A stretch of 64,000 bases of DNA, taken from positions 1 through 64,000 of the forward strand of contig CAWKKR010000005.1 in the NCBI GenBank assembly GCA_963850305.1, given 5' to 3'. This DNA comes from an uncultured delta proteobacterium. Its GTDB lineage: Bacteria > Myxococcota_A > Polyangia > Polyangiales > Polyangiaceae. Position 1 is the stretch's first letter. Every line of letters starts with the position of its first letter. Below, one piece after another: positions 41,693 through 52,878 of the stretch. A model generated the notes under the pieces. It saw nothing but the letters and a program-made list of their open reading frames with translations, searched no databases and was not told where the DNA came from. Made by a program: the position numbers and the translations under genes.

Positions 41693-42870
41693 TCACGAGC
41701 CCGCCGTCGCGGTCGAGTCGTTCGTGTCGCGGCCGCGCGGCCCGGAGAGCGAGCTCACGCGAACGCGTCGTCGGAACAGCGCGACGGAAACGCTCAAGAT
41801 CACGGTGCCGAGGAGCGCCAGCGCGAGCAGTTGCGGTGCGACGTCGGCGAGCGTCGCACCTTTTAGCAAGCAGCCCCGCAGGATCTCGATGAAGTGGCGC
41901 ATCGGGATGAGCAGCGTCAGCGGCTGGAGCCAACCCGGCATGCTCGCGATCGGCGACATGAATCCCGAGAGCAGCATCGTCGGCAGCATGAAGGCGAGCG
42001 CGCCGAGCATGGCCTGCTGCTGCGAACCGCTGAGCGTCGCGATCAGGATTCCGATGCCCAGCGTCGAGAACAGGTAGAGGAAGCGCGCCGAGCCCGACGA
42101 CGCCGAGCGACCCGCGAATGGGCACGTCGAACAGCACCGAGCCGAGCAGGAGGATCGCCAGCACGTCGATCAGGCCGAACAGGATGAACGGCAGGCACTT
42201 GCCGGTCAGCAGCGTCGCGGGATGGATCGGCGTCACCATGATCTGCTCGAGCGTGCCGGTCTCGCGCTCGCGCGCGAGTCCCATCGCGGTGACGATCGCG
42301 CTCACGTTGAGCAGCAGCGATGCGAGGATGCCCGGCACCATGTAGACGGGCGTCTTGAGCCGCTGGTTGTAGAGAATGCGCGGCGTCGACCGGCGCGACC
42401 GCCGCGCAAGGGCATGGCCTCGGCGACGCCGAGAAACTCGGTCGCGTCGGCCGCGGCGACCTGGGCGCGCACGCGAATCGGTGCCGTCGACGAGGACTTG
42501 CACCTCGGGTGCCTCGTCGCGGGCGAGCCGGCGTTGCGTAGCCTCGGGGCACGATGATCGCCGCCGCGGCGTCGCCGGACTCGAGCTCGACCTGCGCGGC
42601 GTCCGGGTCGAGCACCGCGGCTTGCTCGCGAAAAGTGCCTTCCGCGAAGAGCGCATGGACGAGCGCGCGGCTGACTCGCGTGCGGTCCTGGTCGCACACC
42701 ACGGTCGGGATGTGGTCGACGTCGAGGTTCACCGCATAGCCGAACCCGACGAGCTGGATGGCCGGCGCGGCGATCAGACGTGAAGACCATGCGGCGGTCG
42801 CGCAGCGTCTGGATCAGCTCCTTCTGCGCAACGTTGCAGAGCGACCTCAGCCAGGCGGTCACGCGCTCAT
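41693..42870 (-). CDS. ABC exporter permease (YbhR-like), frameshifted
   Basis: KELIQTLRDRRM, VCDQDRT, YMVPGIL, ARERETGTLEQIMVTPI, LLSGFMSPI. Confidence 0.88.
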
Positions 42871-43981
42871 GCGAGCCTCCGCCGAAACCTGTCGCACCGC
42901 GAGCACGAGGACCGCGCGCGCGAAGGCGGCGAGCGCGAGCAGCTGCGGCGCGAGCACCGCGATGCCGTTCCCCTTGAGGAATACGCCGCGGAGCGCGACG
43001 ATGTAGTAGCGACCGGGAACGACGGTCGAGAGCGCCCGGAGCGGCCACGGCATGTTCGCGATCGGGAACATGAACCCGCCGAGCAGCGTCGTCGGCAGCA
43101 TCGAGATCATGATCGAGAACTGCGACGACAGGAGCTGGCTCTTCGTGGCGACGCTGACGAGCAGGCCGAGTGCCGAGCATCGCGAGCTGGAACAAGCAGC
43201 GAGCAAAAGAACAGCAAGGCGAGCGAGCCGCGGATGGGCACGTCGAACATCCACGACCCGAGCGTGACGACGAGCAGCGTCTGCACCATCCCGAGCACCG
43301 CGTACGGCAACAGCTTGCCGACGATGATCTCGGCGCGCCGCACCGGCGTCGCGAACAGCTGCTCCATGCTTCCGCGCTCCCACTCGCGCGCGACGGTCAG
43401 CGCCGTGAGCAGCGCCGACACCATCGACAGGATCAGCGCGATCACGCCGGGCACGATGCCGTAGGCCGACCGCATCGCCGGGTTGAAGCGGGTGCGGATC
43501 GCGGCCGAGTGGCGCGGCGCGGCGCCGCGGACCGGCGAGCGACTGGAGCGATGCCGAGCGCGTCGCCGAGCGCGATCGTCGCCGTCGAGCTGTCGCGCCC
43601 GTCGACCAGGAGCTGCGCGCCGGTCGGCTCGCCGCGCAGCAGGTCGCGCTGGTAGTCGCGCGGGATCACGAGCGCCGCCTGACGCGCGGCCGCGGCGGAA
43701 CAGCGGCTCGGCCTGCGTCCGCGTCCTCGAGCCGAGCCGCGCACGACGAACTGGCCCCCGGCGACCAGCGCCTCGGCGAGTCGCCGGGACGCGCGCGTGT
43801 GGTCCTGGTCGACGACGGCGATCCGCGATGTGATCGACGTCGGTCGAGATCCCGTAGCCGAACAGGAGGAGCATCACGACCGGCAGGCCGAGCGCGAGGT
43901 AGAGCACGCGGACGTCGCGGATGATGTGCAGGACTTCCTTGTGCGCGATGGCGGCGCGTGCGGCGCACGGCCGCGGTTCAC
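42867..43981 (-). CDS. ABC exporter permease (YbhS-like), frameshifted
   Basis: [38 protein letters not shown]. Confidence 0.88.
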
Positions 43982-44912
43982 GCAGCGCCTCCGACGACGG
44001 CGCAGGAACACGTCCTCGAGCGTGACGTCCGCGTCGGTCGACGCCTGCTCGCGGGGACGCCGCGCGCGCGAGGCGTCGCGGCAACGCGCGCGCGTCCGGG
44101 CCGTCCTCGCGCGACGCGCACGTGGAGCGCGGCGCCGAACGGCTCGACGCCGAGACGCCGGGCAGCGACGCGCAGCGTCCTCGGCGGCGCACGCCGCGCA
44201 CCTCGAGCATGCGGCCGGGCACGAACGTCCGCTTGAGCGCGCCGGCGTGTCGAGCGCCGCGAGGCGGCCGGCGACCATCAGGCCGACGCGATCGCAGTAC
44301 TCGGCCTCGTCCATGTAGTGCGTGGTGACGAAGATGGTCGTGCCGCTCGCGGCGAGCCGGCGGATGAGCCGCCAGAACGTGCGCCGCGCGTCCGGGTCGA
44401 CGCCCGCGGTGGGCTCGTCGAGGAAGACGATCCGCGGCTCGATGCAGGATCGCGCACGCGAGCGCGAGGCGCTGGCGCAGGCCGCCCGGCAGCGAGCCCG
44501 TGATCTCGTCGCGCGAGCGCGCCGAGCTCGAGCGCGCGGACGACCTCGTCGCGGCGCGCGCGAGCCGCGCGCCGAGGAGGCCGTAGGCGCCGCCGAAGAA
44601 CGCGAGGTTCTCGCGCACCGATGAGATCGAGGTAGAGCGAGAAGCGCTGCGACATGTAGCCGATCGCGCGGCGCACCGCGCGCGGATGGCGGATGACGTC
44701 GATGCCCGGCGACGCTCGCGCCTCGCCCGCCGGAGGCGGCGAGCAGGCCGCAGAGGATGCGGATCGTCGTCGACTTGCCGGCGCCGTTCGCGCCGAGGTA
44801 GCCGAAGATCTCGCCGGCGCGCGACCTCGAAGGACACGTCGCGCACCGCAACGAACGTCGCCGAACGCGCGGCCGAGCCCGCGCACGGAGATGGCCGGAG
44901 CGTCGCGCTCAC
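43978..44912 (-). CDS. ABC exporter ATP-binding protein 2, frameshifted
   Basis: [48 protein letters not shown]. Confidence 0.9.
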
Positions 44913-45839
44913 GGCGCGCTCCGCGGCCTGGCGTCGCGCACGCGCGACGAGGAACAGATCCTCGAACGTCGCGGCCGCGGGCGAGGCCGTGCGCGCCGAG
45001 CGCCGCGAGCTCGGCGAGCACTCGCGTCCTCGCTGCCGCGGCGCACGACGACGCTGAAGATGCTCGCCGGCCGCGGTGAACGCGAGCACGTCGTCGTCGT
45101 GCGCGATGGCCGCCTCGAGCGCGGTCGCGATCGCCGTGGAGCGCGAAGACGGGGTGCGGGAACGCGGCGAGCAAGTCGTCGCGGCGCGCCTTCTTCGAGC
45201 AAGCGGCCCTGGTGCAGCAGGCCCGACGCGGTGGCAGCGCGCAGCCTCGTCCATGTACGGCGTCGCGATGACGATGGCCATGCCCTCGGCGAGGAACTCG
45301 CGGAGCAGGTCCCAGAACTCGCGCCGGCTCACCGGATCGACGCCGTTCGTCGGCTCGTCGAGCAAGAAGCACCTTCGGCTCGTGCAGCAGCGCGCACGCG
45401 AGGGCGAGCTTCTTGTACATGCCGCCCGAGAGCGCCTCGGCGCGGCGGGTCGCGAAGGCGGCGAGCCGCGTGATCGCGAGCAGGCGCTCGCGCGCGTGCG
45501 GAACGCCTCGCGGGCAGGCCGAACATCTCGCGAAAGAACGCGAGGTTCTCGGCGACGGTGAGGTCGCCGTAGAGGCTGTACTGCTGCGGCATGTAGCCGA
45601 GCGCCTCGCGCACGGCGGCGCTCGGCTCGAACGGGTCCGGCCCGACGAGCCGCACCTGACCGGCGTCCGGATCGAGCAGCCCCGCGAGGATCCGCAGCGC
45701 GGTCGTCTTGCCGGCGCCGTCGGGGCCGACCAGCCCGAAGATCTCGCCGGCGGCGACGCGCGAGCGAGAGCGTCCGACGAGCGCGCGGCGCGCCGAAGCT
45801 CTTGCGCAGCGCGATCGCCTCGATGCGCGCGGCGGTCAT
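44909..45839 (-). CDS. ABC exporter ATP-binding protein 1, frameshifted
   Basis: GPDGAGKTT, GYMPQQYSLY, LSGGMYKKL, LLDEPTNGVDP, TPYMDEA. Confidence 0.9.
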
Positions 45840-46880
45840 CGGCTCCCTCGATCGCGACTTCGACCGGCATCCCGGAGCGCAGCCGCATGTCCGGGTTCGG
45901 GATCCGGACCTCGACGGCGTAGACGAGCCGCTCGCGGTCCTCGCGCGTCTGGACGTTGCGCGGCGTGAACTCGGCGCGCGGCGAGACGTAGTAGATGGTC
46001 CCCTCGAACGACGTGCCCGGGATACGCGTCGGCGACAACGCGCACTTTGCGCCCGGGCGCCGCGGCGGCGAGCTCGGTCGTTCGGGAGATAGAAGCGCGT
46101 GCGCGCCTCGGTAAGGTCGGTGATCGTGAGGACGATGGTGCCGGGCTGGACGGCCTCGCCGGGCTCGTGGACGCGCGTCGCGACCATGCCCGCCGCGCGG
46201 CGCGAGCAGCGTGCATTCGCGGACCGCGAGCTCGGCGCGCGACACCGCCGCCGCAGCGACGTCCACGTTGTGCTCGGCGACGATCGTCTGCGCTTTCGCG
46301 GCAGTACCGGAGGTCCTCGCTGCTCCGGCCTGGTCGCGTGTCGCGGCCTCGGCTGCGTGCTGCGCCGCGATCTGGCTGACCAGCGTATCGTGTGTGCGCG
46401 GGCGGCGTCGAGCGCGGCGGGGGCCAACGCCCCGGTGCCTACCAGCCGCTCGGTGCGACCGAGCTCGATCTTCGCAAGCCGCTCCTGCGACTCGAGGACG
46501 GCAAGCTGCGACGTAGCCGCGGCGACGTCGCTCACTGCGGCGAGGGCAGAGCGCCCGACCGAAGTGGCGGTAGCGCGCGAAGCATCGACCGTCGCGCCCG
46601 CGGCGGCTAGCTCCGCGCGCGTCTGCGCGAGGGCGGCGTCCTGGTCAGTGCAGTCGAGCTCGACGACCGCTTGATCCCGCTTCACGACATCGCCCTCGCG
46701 CACGTCGACCTTGACGATGCGAGTGGCGAGCCGGCTCGTCACATCGACGTCGACGCCTTCAATCACACCACTCCCGCCGGGCGCGCTGTTCCCTGCGGAG
46801 CGCAATTGAATCACGCGGACCGCGAGTGCGACGATCAAGCCAGCCGCGAGCACCGCCAGGGAGATGAGGGCGCGCCTCAC
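45836..46880 (-). CDS. HlyD-family membrane fusion protein (YbhG-like), frameshifted
   Basis: N-terminal TM, SGVIEG, VREGDVV, coiled coil, AEFTPRNVQT..RERLVYAV..LRSGMP. Confidence 0.9.
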
Positions 46881-46939
46881 CGGCTACCTCCGTCACGGTA
46901 CCGAGACAGGCCAGCGTTCCGTACGTGACGCGGCAAACG

Positions 46940-47920
46940 TCAGCTCGCATCTCGTGGGTTCGTCGCGCTGGGGAGAGGGGCTGCGGCGGTTCCTTTGAGG
47001 CGTGCGACCAGCGACCGGAACTGGTCGGTCCCCCGGAGGCTGTTCAACACGCGCTCGGGCGTTCCCCAATCCGACCACCCACACGGCAGCAATGAGACAA
47101 CCCGCAGTCCCCGAGCTCGTTCCAGTACGTCGCGCGAGAAGTCCGCGGCAGGCATACTCTCATACAAGCGCGTGAGGGTCGCCTCTTCGGAGTTTTCACC
47201 GACGACCCGGCGGTACGACTCGAAGAGTTGCGTCTGTACGGGAAGATGCTTTCGAGCCAGGGACCAGAAGACCTCTGCCGCTCCCGCCATGATGAAGGTG
47301 TTCCAAAGCGCGTGCTGGCGAAGCAGGATGTCGGCGACCTCTGGCGACGGTTTCTCGCAAAAGCGTGAAATGACGTCGGCGCCGGTCTTCTTAGCGGTGA
47401 TGATCCAACCGTATTGTGTCTCCGCTCTGTCCGGTACGGCGCCGACCAACGCGATGGAGCCCCGACGACGGGCAGTCGCTTCCGCCCGCAGCACGGAGTC
47501 TACCAACGGCTCTACGTCCCGCACGTAGTGGTCCGAAGGGACGACCACGACGCTTGCGCCTGGGTCCCGCGCCATGACTCGCGATAGCGGAAGCAGAATA
47601 CCCGGACCCGTTCCGAGATTGCGCGGTTGGGCCACGATGTCGACCGGCCCCTCGTCTACGAGCTGCTTGCGAGCGAGGTATTCTCGGTTCGCCGCGACGA
47701 CGACGATCGTCCGTTCGGGAGGACACCATCGCCGGGTGCGGTCCAACGTCGTCTGCAGCAGCGAGCGGCGGGGCTGGATCGCGGCGAACTGCTTCGGCAG
47801 ATCCTCGCCGTGCAAGGCCCGCGTAAGAGGGTGCAAGCGCCTACCATCACCGCCCGCAAGCACGATCGTCCACCGGGCATTTGCAGATGAGCTCACTTTG
47901 CTTTCCCTGAGGCTGCTCAT
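46940..47920 (-). CDS. Sugar-phosphate nucleotidyltransferase (ManC-like), paralogue 2
   Basis: IVLAGGDGRRL, PKQFA, QPRNLGTGP, PSDHYV, ETQYGWI, FCEKP, WSDWGTP. Confidence 0.92.
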   Translation of the reverse strand: MSSLRESKVSSSANARWTIVLAGGDGRRLHPLTRALHGEDLPKQFAAIQPRRSLLQTTLDRTRRWCPPERTIVVVAANREYLARKQLVDEGPVDIVAQPRNLGTGPGILLPLSRVMARDPGASVVVVPSDHYVRDVEPLVDSVLRAEATARRRGSIALVGAVPDRAETQYGWIITAKKTGADVISRFCEKPSPEVADILLRQHALWNTFIMAGAAEVFWSLARKHLPVQTQLFESYRRVVGENSEEATLTRLYESMPAADFSRDVLERARGLRVVSLLPCGWSDWGTPERVLNSLRGTDQFRSLVARLKGTAAAPLPSATNPRDAS

Positions 47921-47943
47921 GCTCCGTTCACCTCGCGGTCAAT

Positions 47944-47959
47944 TGCAAAGCCCGGTCCA
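47944..47959 (-). promoter_or_regulatory. Sigma54 -24/-12 promoter
   Basis: TGGACCGGGCTTTGCA on the minus strand just upstream of ATG 47920. Confidence 0.6.
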
Positions 47960-48488
47960 TTGTGACTTCGATACCGGTGCAGCCTCGGGAAGCACTTCCG
48001 GACCGAGATAGCTCCGTCGCCACCGCGTCGCGGATGCTCCTCTGATTTCCCTCAGCTATCCCCTCATGTCTTCGTGAGCGCTCGCAAAACCACTCGAATC
48101 ACGCTGAATCGTGACGTTCGAGCGCCTCGCGAGCGCCTCGTCGGTAAGAATGCTGATCCGGTGGAAATTCAGCTGGATCGAGTGCTCGGCTCGAAATATG
48201 AGGGGATCCCTGAGCTGATTTCCGTCGTCACGCCCGCTGCGAGCGACAAGTGGCTGGGGCTCACGGTACGCTACGTGGCCGCCTCGCGCACCGGAAGGTA
48301 CACAAAAGCTCGCCTGTTCCATTTAGGGCCGCGAATGCCTTCGCGACGACCACCGGGCACATCTCGTTCGCCTCGGCTCGCGCGCGCCCTGGGCGAGCTT
48401 TCGGCAGAACCCGCGTGGAGGCGCAGAACCTGCGCGTCCCGCGCTGCTGAGCCCGGCTCCCAGCAGTGCGGTGGCCCGCGTTCCGCAG

Positions 48489-48504
48489 TGGCACGAGAGA
48501 TGCT
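48489..48504 (+). promoter_or_regulatory. Sigma54 -24/-12 promoter
   Basis: TGGCACGAGAGATGCT. Confidence 0.7.
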
Positions 48505-48532
48505 CAAAGACCTCCCAGCGAGGGTATCGACA

Positions 48533-48916
48533 ATGAAGACCAAACAACTCAAGACGAGCAAGGCCCAAAGGGACTCGGCACGCCGGCACCGCCACGAGGC
48601 GGAGGCAGGTGCGGCCGCCGCGATCGCAGGTGCTGCCATGGGCTCGATGGCCGGCCCACCGGGCACGGTGGCCGGGGCAGTGATCGGCGGCGTGGTCGGG
48701 GTATTGGCATCCGGTGCCGCCGAGTCGAACGCGATCGAGCTCGCCGCAAAGAACCGGCGCCTGGATCGAGAGCTCGGCATCAGCGAAGGCGATATCGGCG
48801 CGCCGAATCTGAAACACCCCCCAGCAAAGATTGGCGCGTACTCGGCGGCATCGAGCGGCGGGGGCTCCTCATCGGACTCGGAGCCCGCAGAAGGACCTAT
48901 GCAGTCCCCCGAGTGA
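48533..48916 (+). CDS. Small glycine-zipper hypothetical protein
   Basis: MKTKQ..AGAAMGSMAGPPGTVAGAVIGGVVG; start chosen downstream of the sigma54 site. Confidence 0.7.
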   Translation: MKTKQLKTSKAQRDSARRHRHEAEAGAAAAIAGAAMGSMAGPPGTVAGAVIGGVVGVLASGAAESNAIELAAKNRRLDRELGISEGDIGAPNLKHPPAKIGAYSAASSGGGSSSDSEPAEGPMQSPE

Positions 48917-49298
48917 TCCATCTGTGGAAGGGCAAGCCAATCTGGTGGTTCCACGCGAGCTGGTCCGACGGCGTCAGCTCCTCACACATCCGGCCGGCCG
49001 CCCGCGCGTCTGGGAGCGCGTGCTCATCGTCGATCGCTCTCTGGCGTCGGCGCTCGAGTTCAGGCGAGCCTTGATCCAGGCAGTCATCGCAACGACAGCC
49101 GCGCAGACGTGTCCCGCTCGACGAGCGGTTCCACCGAGCAGTTCTCTCCTATGACCTCGTGGGCGGCAACGGTGTCGTGTTGGCAGCGGAGCTCCTGCTC
49201 GCCGGTCGCGTGGGCCAGGTCGAATTCGTCATTCCTGACGCCGTCGAGGCAGGCGTTCCGGGTGCCGCGTCGCCTGGGGGGCGGTCGGCTGGTGGCCC

Positions 49299-49314
49299 TG
49301 GTACCGCGAATGCT
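49299..49314 (+). promoter_or_regulatory. Sigma54 -24/-12 promoter
   Basis: TGGTACCGCGAATGCT upstream of USP 49370. Confidence 0.6.
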
Positions 49315-49369
49315 TTAGAACACACCGAGAGTGAGCAAAGCTAAAACCTTCTAGATTGGAGAAACCCCT

Positions 49370-50032
49370 ATGTCAGCAGCCAGAGCGCCCTACCTAGTAG
49401 TTGTCGGCATCGATTACTCACCAGCATCCGAGCTCGCTCTCGAACGCGCGTTCGAACTCGCCGAGCGCCAGCCGAACGCACAGATGCACGTCATTCTGGT
49501 TGGAGCGGGTAGCGAAGATGAGGTCCAGGTCGGCGAGGGCGATACTGGCGAAAAACTGTCCGCCGATCTGACCGCGAAGAAACTCCGGCAGTACGTCGAG
49601 GAGGAACTGAAGAGACTGCAGTCCAAGCCCTCTGAAAACATCGAGCACGTCGTGACGCACCTCGGGATTGGAGATCCAGCCACGCAAATCACGGAGCTCG
49701 CGGCGGAGCTTCAAGCGGACCTCCTGGTCGTCGGAACCCACGGGCGCGGGGGCCTTCGAAAACTGGTGCTCGGTTCGGTCGCGGACAAGGTCGTCCGTAT
49801 GGCTCACGCTCCCGTCTTGATCGTCCGCCCGAAGGACTACTCTGACGAGCCGTCCGTTCCCAAGATCGAGGCGTCTTGTTCGCGTTGCGCCGAGGTGCGA
49901 GCGCGAACCGCGGGAAAAGAGCTGTGGTGCGAGCAGCACTCCGAGGTTCACGGCAGGCGACACTCGTACCATTTCGCCCGAACCCGCGGTGCGCACAATT
50001 CCGGCTTTCTCATTGGACAATTCAAGCCGTGA
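49370..50032 (+). CDS. Universal stress protein with C-terminal Cys/His (putative Zn-binding) extension
   Basis: VVGIDYS, VVGTHGRGG..LGSVADKVVR..PVLIVR, then CSRC..WCEQH..H..H..H. Confidence 0.92.
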   Translation: MSAARAPYLVVVGIDYSPASELALERAFELAERQPNAQMHVILVGAGSEDEVQVGEGDTGEKLSADLTAKKLRQYVEEELKRLQSKPSENIEHVVTHLGIGDPATQITELAAELQADLLVVGTHGRGGLRKLVLGSVADKVVRMAHAPVLIVRPKDYSDEPSVPKIEASCSRCAEVRARTAGKELWCEQHSEVHGRRHSYHFARTRGAHNSGFLIGQFKP

Positions 50033-50209
50033 GCCGGGGGTCTACCCATCGCCAGAACCTCTTGCTCGCCCGCCCATCAAGTCCGGTTGCCGGCCGGGGC
50101 GGGGGAGAGGCGCATGACCGCAGCCTCGAGGGGCGCCCGTGGCGCCCCCTTGCAGCCTTGCCCGGGCGAGCACCGGAGCGGTGCGTGGTCGCTCAAGATG
50201 CCGGGGATG

Positions 50210-50240
50210 GGGTTTACCTGGGTTTACCTGGGGTTTACCT
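50210..50240. repeat. GGGTTTACCT x3 tandem
   Basis: Visible directly; overlaps the stop codon of the metal permease. Confidence 0.8.
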
Positions 50241-51026
50241 CGTAGCGCTCCTGCCTTCTTCGCCGCGGCGCCAACACAGACTCAGAATGAAACACGCGCT
50301 CGCGACGAGCACCACGAGCGGACCGGGCGAACGATGAAGGACGCTTGCTACGCAGGTGCCGGTCGTCGTTGCGACGACCGAGACCACCACCGCGATGACG
50401 AACATTCCGTCGAGGCTGAGTGCCAGACGCTTCGCGGTGGCCGCAGGGATGATCGCGAGCGAGCCGATGAGTAGCACGCCGAGGTACCGGAGCCCGAGGG
50501 CGATCGTCAGCGCGAAGACGAGCAGAAACGCGAGATTCAAGCGCGACACGTCGATGCCGCAGGTCGGAGCGATCTCCGGCGACACGAGCGTCAATACGAG
50601 CCGATGCTTGGCGCGCATCACGAAGCTCACGACGCCGACGACCACGGCGAGTCCGATCGCAGTCTCGACGCTCGTGAGCTGGCCAGTGCCCCCGAAGAGA
50701 GCCTCGATCAGCTCGTCTCCGGTCGTGAGAAGGCTGCCGACCGCGAGCGCGGTGGAGAACACGACGCCGATGACCGTTTCGGTCGCGAGGCGCGTCTTGC
50801 GCTCGACCCCCCAGACGAGCAACGCCCCGAGGAGGAGGGCGGTGAGGCCACCGATCACCGGTTGGATCCGTAGGAGCAGCGCGACCCCGATGCCTGGCAG
50901 GGCGATATGCGAGAGAGCGTCGGCCGCAAGGGTCATCCGGCGCATGACCGCGAAGCAACCGAGGAGACCCGCTGCGACGCCCGTGCCGATCGCGAGAGCC
51001 AGGGCGCCAAGCTCAGGGGCGGTCAT
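50235..51026 (-). CDS. Metal (Zn/Mn) ABC transporter permease (ZnuB-like)
   Basis: LGCFAVMRRMTLAADALSHIALPG, ETVIGVVF, ALFG, LGVLLIGSL.IIPA. Confidence 0.9.
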   Translation of the reverse strand: MTAPELGALALAIGTGVAAGLLGCFAVMRRMTLAADALSHIALPGIGVALLLRIQPVIGGLTALLLGALLVWGVERKTRLATETVIGVVFSTALAVGSLLTTGDELIEALFGGTGQLTSVETAIGLAVVVGVVSFVMRAKHRLVLTLVSPEIAPTCGIDVSRLNLAFLLVFALTIALGLRYLGVLLIGSLAIIPAATAKRLALSLDGMFVIAVVVSVVATTTGTCVASVLHRSPGPLVVLVASACFILSLCWRRGEEGRSATR

Positions 51027-51724
51027 GAAGGTGGTACCCGATGGGCGTGCCGTAGAGTTCTTCGAGCATCGCCGGCGTGAGGATTGTCCTGGGGGCCCCG
51101 AAACAGGCGGTTCCACGCCCGAGGCAGAGGACCCTGAAGGCGTACCGGTAGACGACGCTCAAGTCGTGCGAGATCGAGATGACCGTGAGCCCCTGCTCGT
51201 GCTGCAGCCTCTCGATTGTCGCGTTCATCGTCTCCGTTCCCGGTTCATCCACACCCGCTGTCGGTTCGTCCAATAGGAGCACCGTGGGCTCGCCGACGAG
51301 TGCCACGGCGACGAGCAGGCGTTGGAATTGTCCACCGGAGAGCGTCCCGATGGGCATTGCTGCACGTGGGTGCCGAGGCGTACGAGATCGAGCGCACGTG
51401 ACGCGTCACGCTCGTCGCCCGAGTCACCGCCACTTTCGCGCGAAGGAAGTCGTCGCCCGTCACCGGCAGATCGCGCTCGATGTCGAGTTTCTGCGGCACG
51501 TAGCCGACGCGCGTTCCCGGCGCCCAGCGAATGCTCCCTTCGTGCTGGATCGCGCCGATGAGCGCCCGGAAGAGCACCGTCTTGCCCGAGCCGTTGGGGC
51601 CGATGATCGCGAGGAAGCTTCCGCGCGGGACGTCGAACGAGAGCGCGTCGAGTACTTTCGTTCGGCCGAAGCGCACCGACAGACGGTCGACGTGCAGAGC
51701 GTTCGGAACGGTCGCACTCTCCAT
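51013..51724 (-). CDS. Metal ABC transporter ATP-binding protein (ZnuC-like), frameshifted
   Basis: GPNGSGKT, GYVPQK, LSGGQFQR, LLDEPT, ISHDL. Confidence 0.9.
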
Positions 51725-51734
51725 GCGGCCCGAC

Positions 51735-52322
51735 TTATACGCGATCGCGGCGGTCCGTCGCGAGCAACAGGTAGCTGTAAGCGCCGATCGTTTCCTGCTG
51801 TTCGACGCTCCAGCCCGCGTCATGCAAGGCCTCAGCGGTTGTGGCCACGGGCACCCGGTGCGAAAGCGGTGGCCCCGGCGGCTGCTCTACGTCCGTTCTC
51901 CAGTCGACGATTGCAAGGCGACCTCCGGGGCGGAGGATTCGCCTCGCCTCGACGAGCGTGGCCGCCGGCTCGTCGAGCTCGTGCCACACGTTCGCTAGCA
52001 GCTCCAGGTCCACACTGGCGTCGAGCAGCATCGTATGGTTCGCCGCGGCGTTTACCAAGGTGATTGGCAGGTCCGCAACTCTGGCTCTGAGGATCTCGAG
52101 CATTTCGGGCTGCAGATCGATCGCAAAAACGCGGCCACCAGGCAGGACGGCAGCGGCCATCCGCAGCGCGAAATATCCTGTCCCGGCACCCACGTCAGCG
52201 ACTGTCATCCCAGGGCGAAGCGCGAGGCGTTCGACCACGCCGGCCGCGGGCAACCATCGCTGGCGTTCGGGACCATCGAGCCGGTCTGCATGCTCGTGTC
52301 GAAATATGCGTTCGTGGGGCAT
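51735..52322 (-). CDS. Class I SAM-dependent methyltransferase
   Basis: VADVGAGTGYF, AIDLQPEM, ILRPGGRLAIVDW; start ATG 52322. Confidence 0.9.
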   Translation of the reverse strand: MPHERIFRHEHADRLDGPERQRWLPAAGVVERLALRPGMTVADVGAGTGYFALRMAAAVLPGGRVFAIDLQPEMLEILRARVADLPITLVNAAANHTMLLDASVDLELLANVWHELDEPAATLVEARRILRPGGRLAIVDWRTDVEQPPGPPLSHRVPVATTAEALHDAGWSVEQQETIGAYSYLLLATDRRDRV

Positions 52323-52801
52323 TACTCGAGCAGGCTGCGCAGCATCCACGCGGTCTTCTCGTGCACCTGCATGCGCTGCGTGAGCAGATCGCACGTCGGC
52401 TGGTCGCTGGCGCCCTCCGCCGCCTTGAACACCTCGCGTGCCGTGCGCGCCACCGTCTCGTGGCCGTCGACGAGCCGGCGGATCATGTCCTCGGCCTTCG
52501 GCACGCCGTCTTCTTCCTTGATCGCGGACAGCTCGACGAACTGCTTGTACGTGCCGGGCGCCGTGAACCCGAGCGCGCGGATGCGCTCGGCGACGAGATC
52601 GACCGCGAGGGCGAGCTCGTTGTACTGCGTCTCGAACATGAGATGCAGGGTCTGGAACATCGGCCCCGTGACGTTCCAGTGGAAGTTGTGCGTCTTGAGG
52701 TAGAGCGTGTAGGTGTCCGCTAGGACACGAGACAACCCTCCCGCGAGCTCTTCTCGCTTGTTAGCGTCGATGCCGATGTCGATCTTCATCTTGTGATCCA
52801 T
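52322..52801 (-). CDS. dps: DNA starvation/stationary phase protection protein Dps
   Basis: [47 protein letters not shown]. Confidence 0.97.
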   Translation of the reverse strand: MDHKMKIDIGIDANKREELAGGLSRVLADTYTLYLKTHNFHWNVTGPMFQTLHLMFETQYNELALAVDLVAERIRALGFTAPGTYKQFVELSAIKEEDGVPKAEDMIRRLVDGHETVARTAREVFKAAEGASDQPTCDLLTQRMQVHEKTAWMLRSLLE

Positions 52802-52878
52802 GGGTTCACCTCAGTGTTGACAGAGGACAGCTCGCCGCCGGTCCTGGTGGTCGTCTTCTCACTCCTCGTTCGTGATGT

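Noticed and set aside
43107..46880. 1257-aa HlyD-ATPase-permease fusion
   Set aside because: A mosaic of correct and shifted frames; individual starts and stops are visible at gene overlaps.
48066..48330. Degenerate second PII-like gene opposite ManC paralogue 2
   Set aside because: Only a weak resemblance (ELISVVTPAASDK); cannot be supported without an HMM search.
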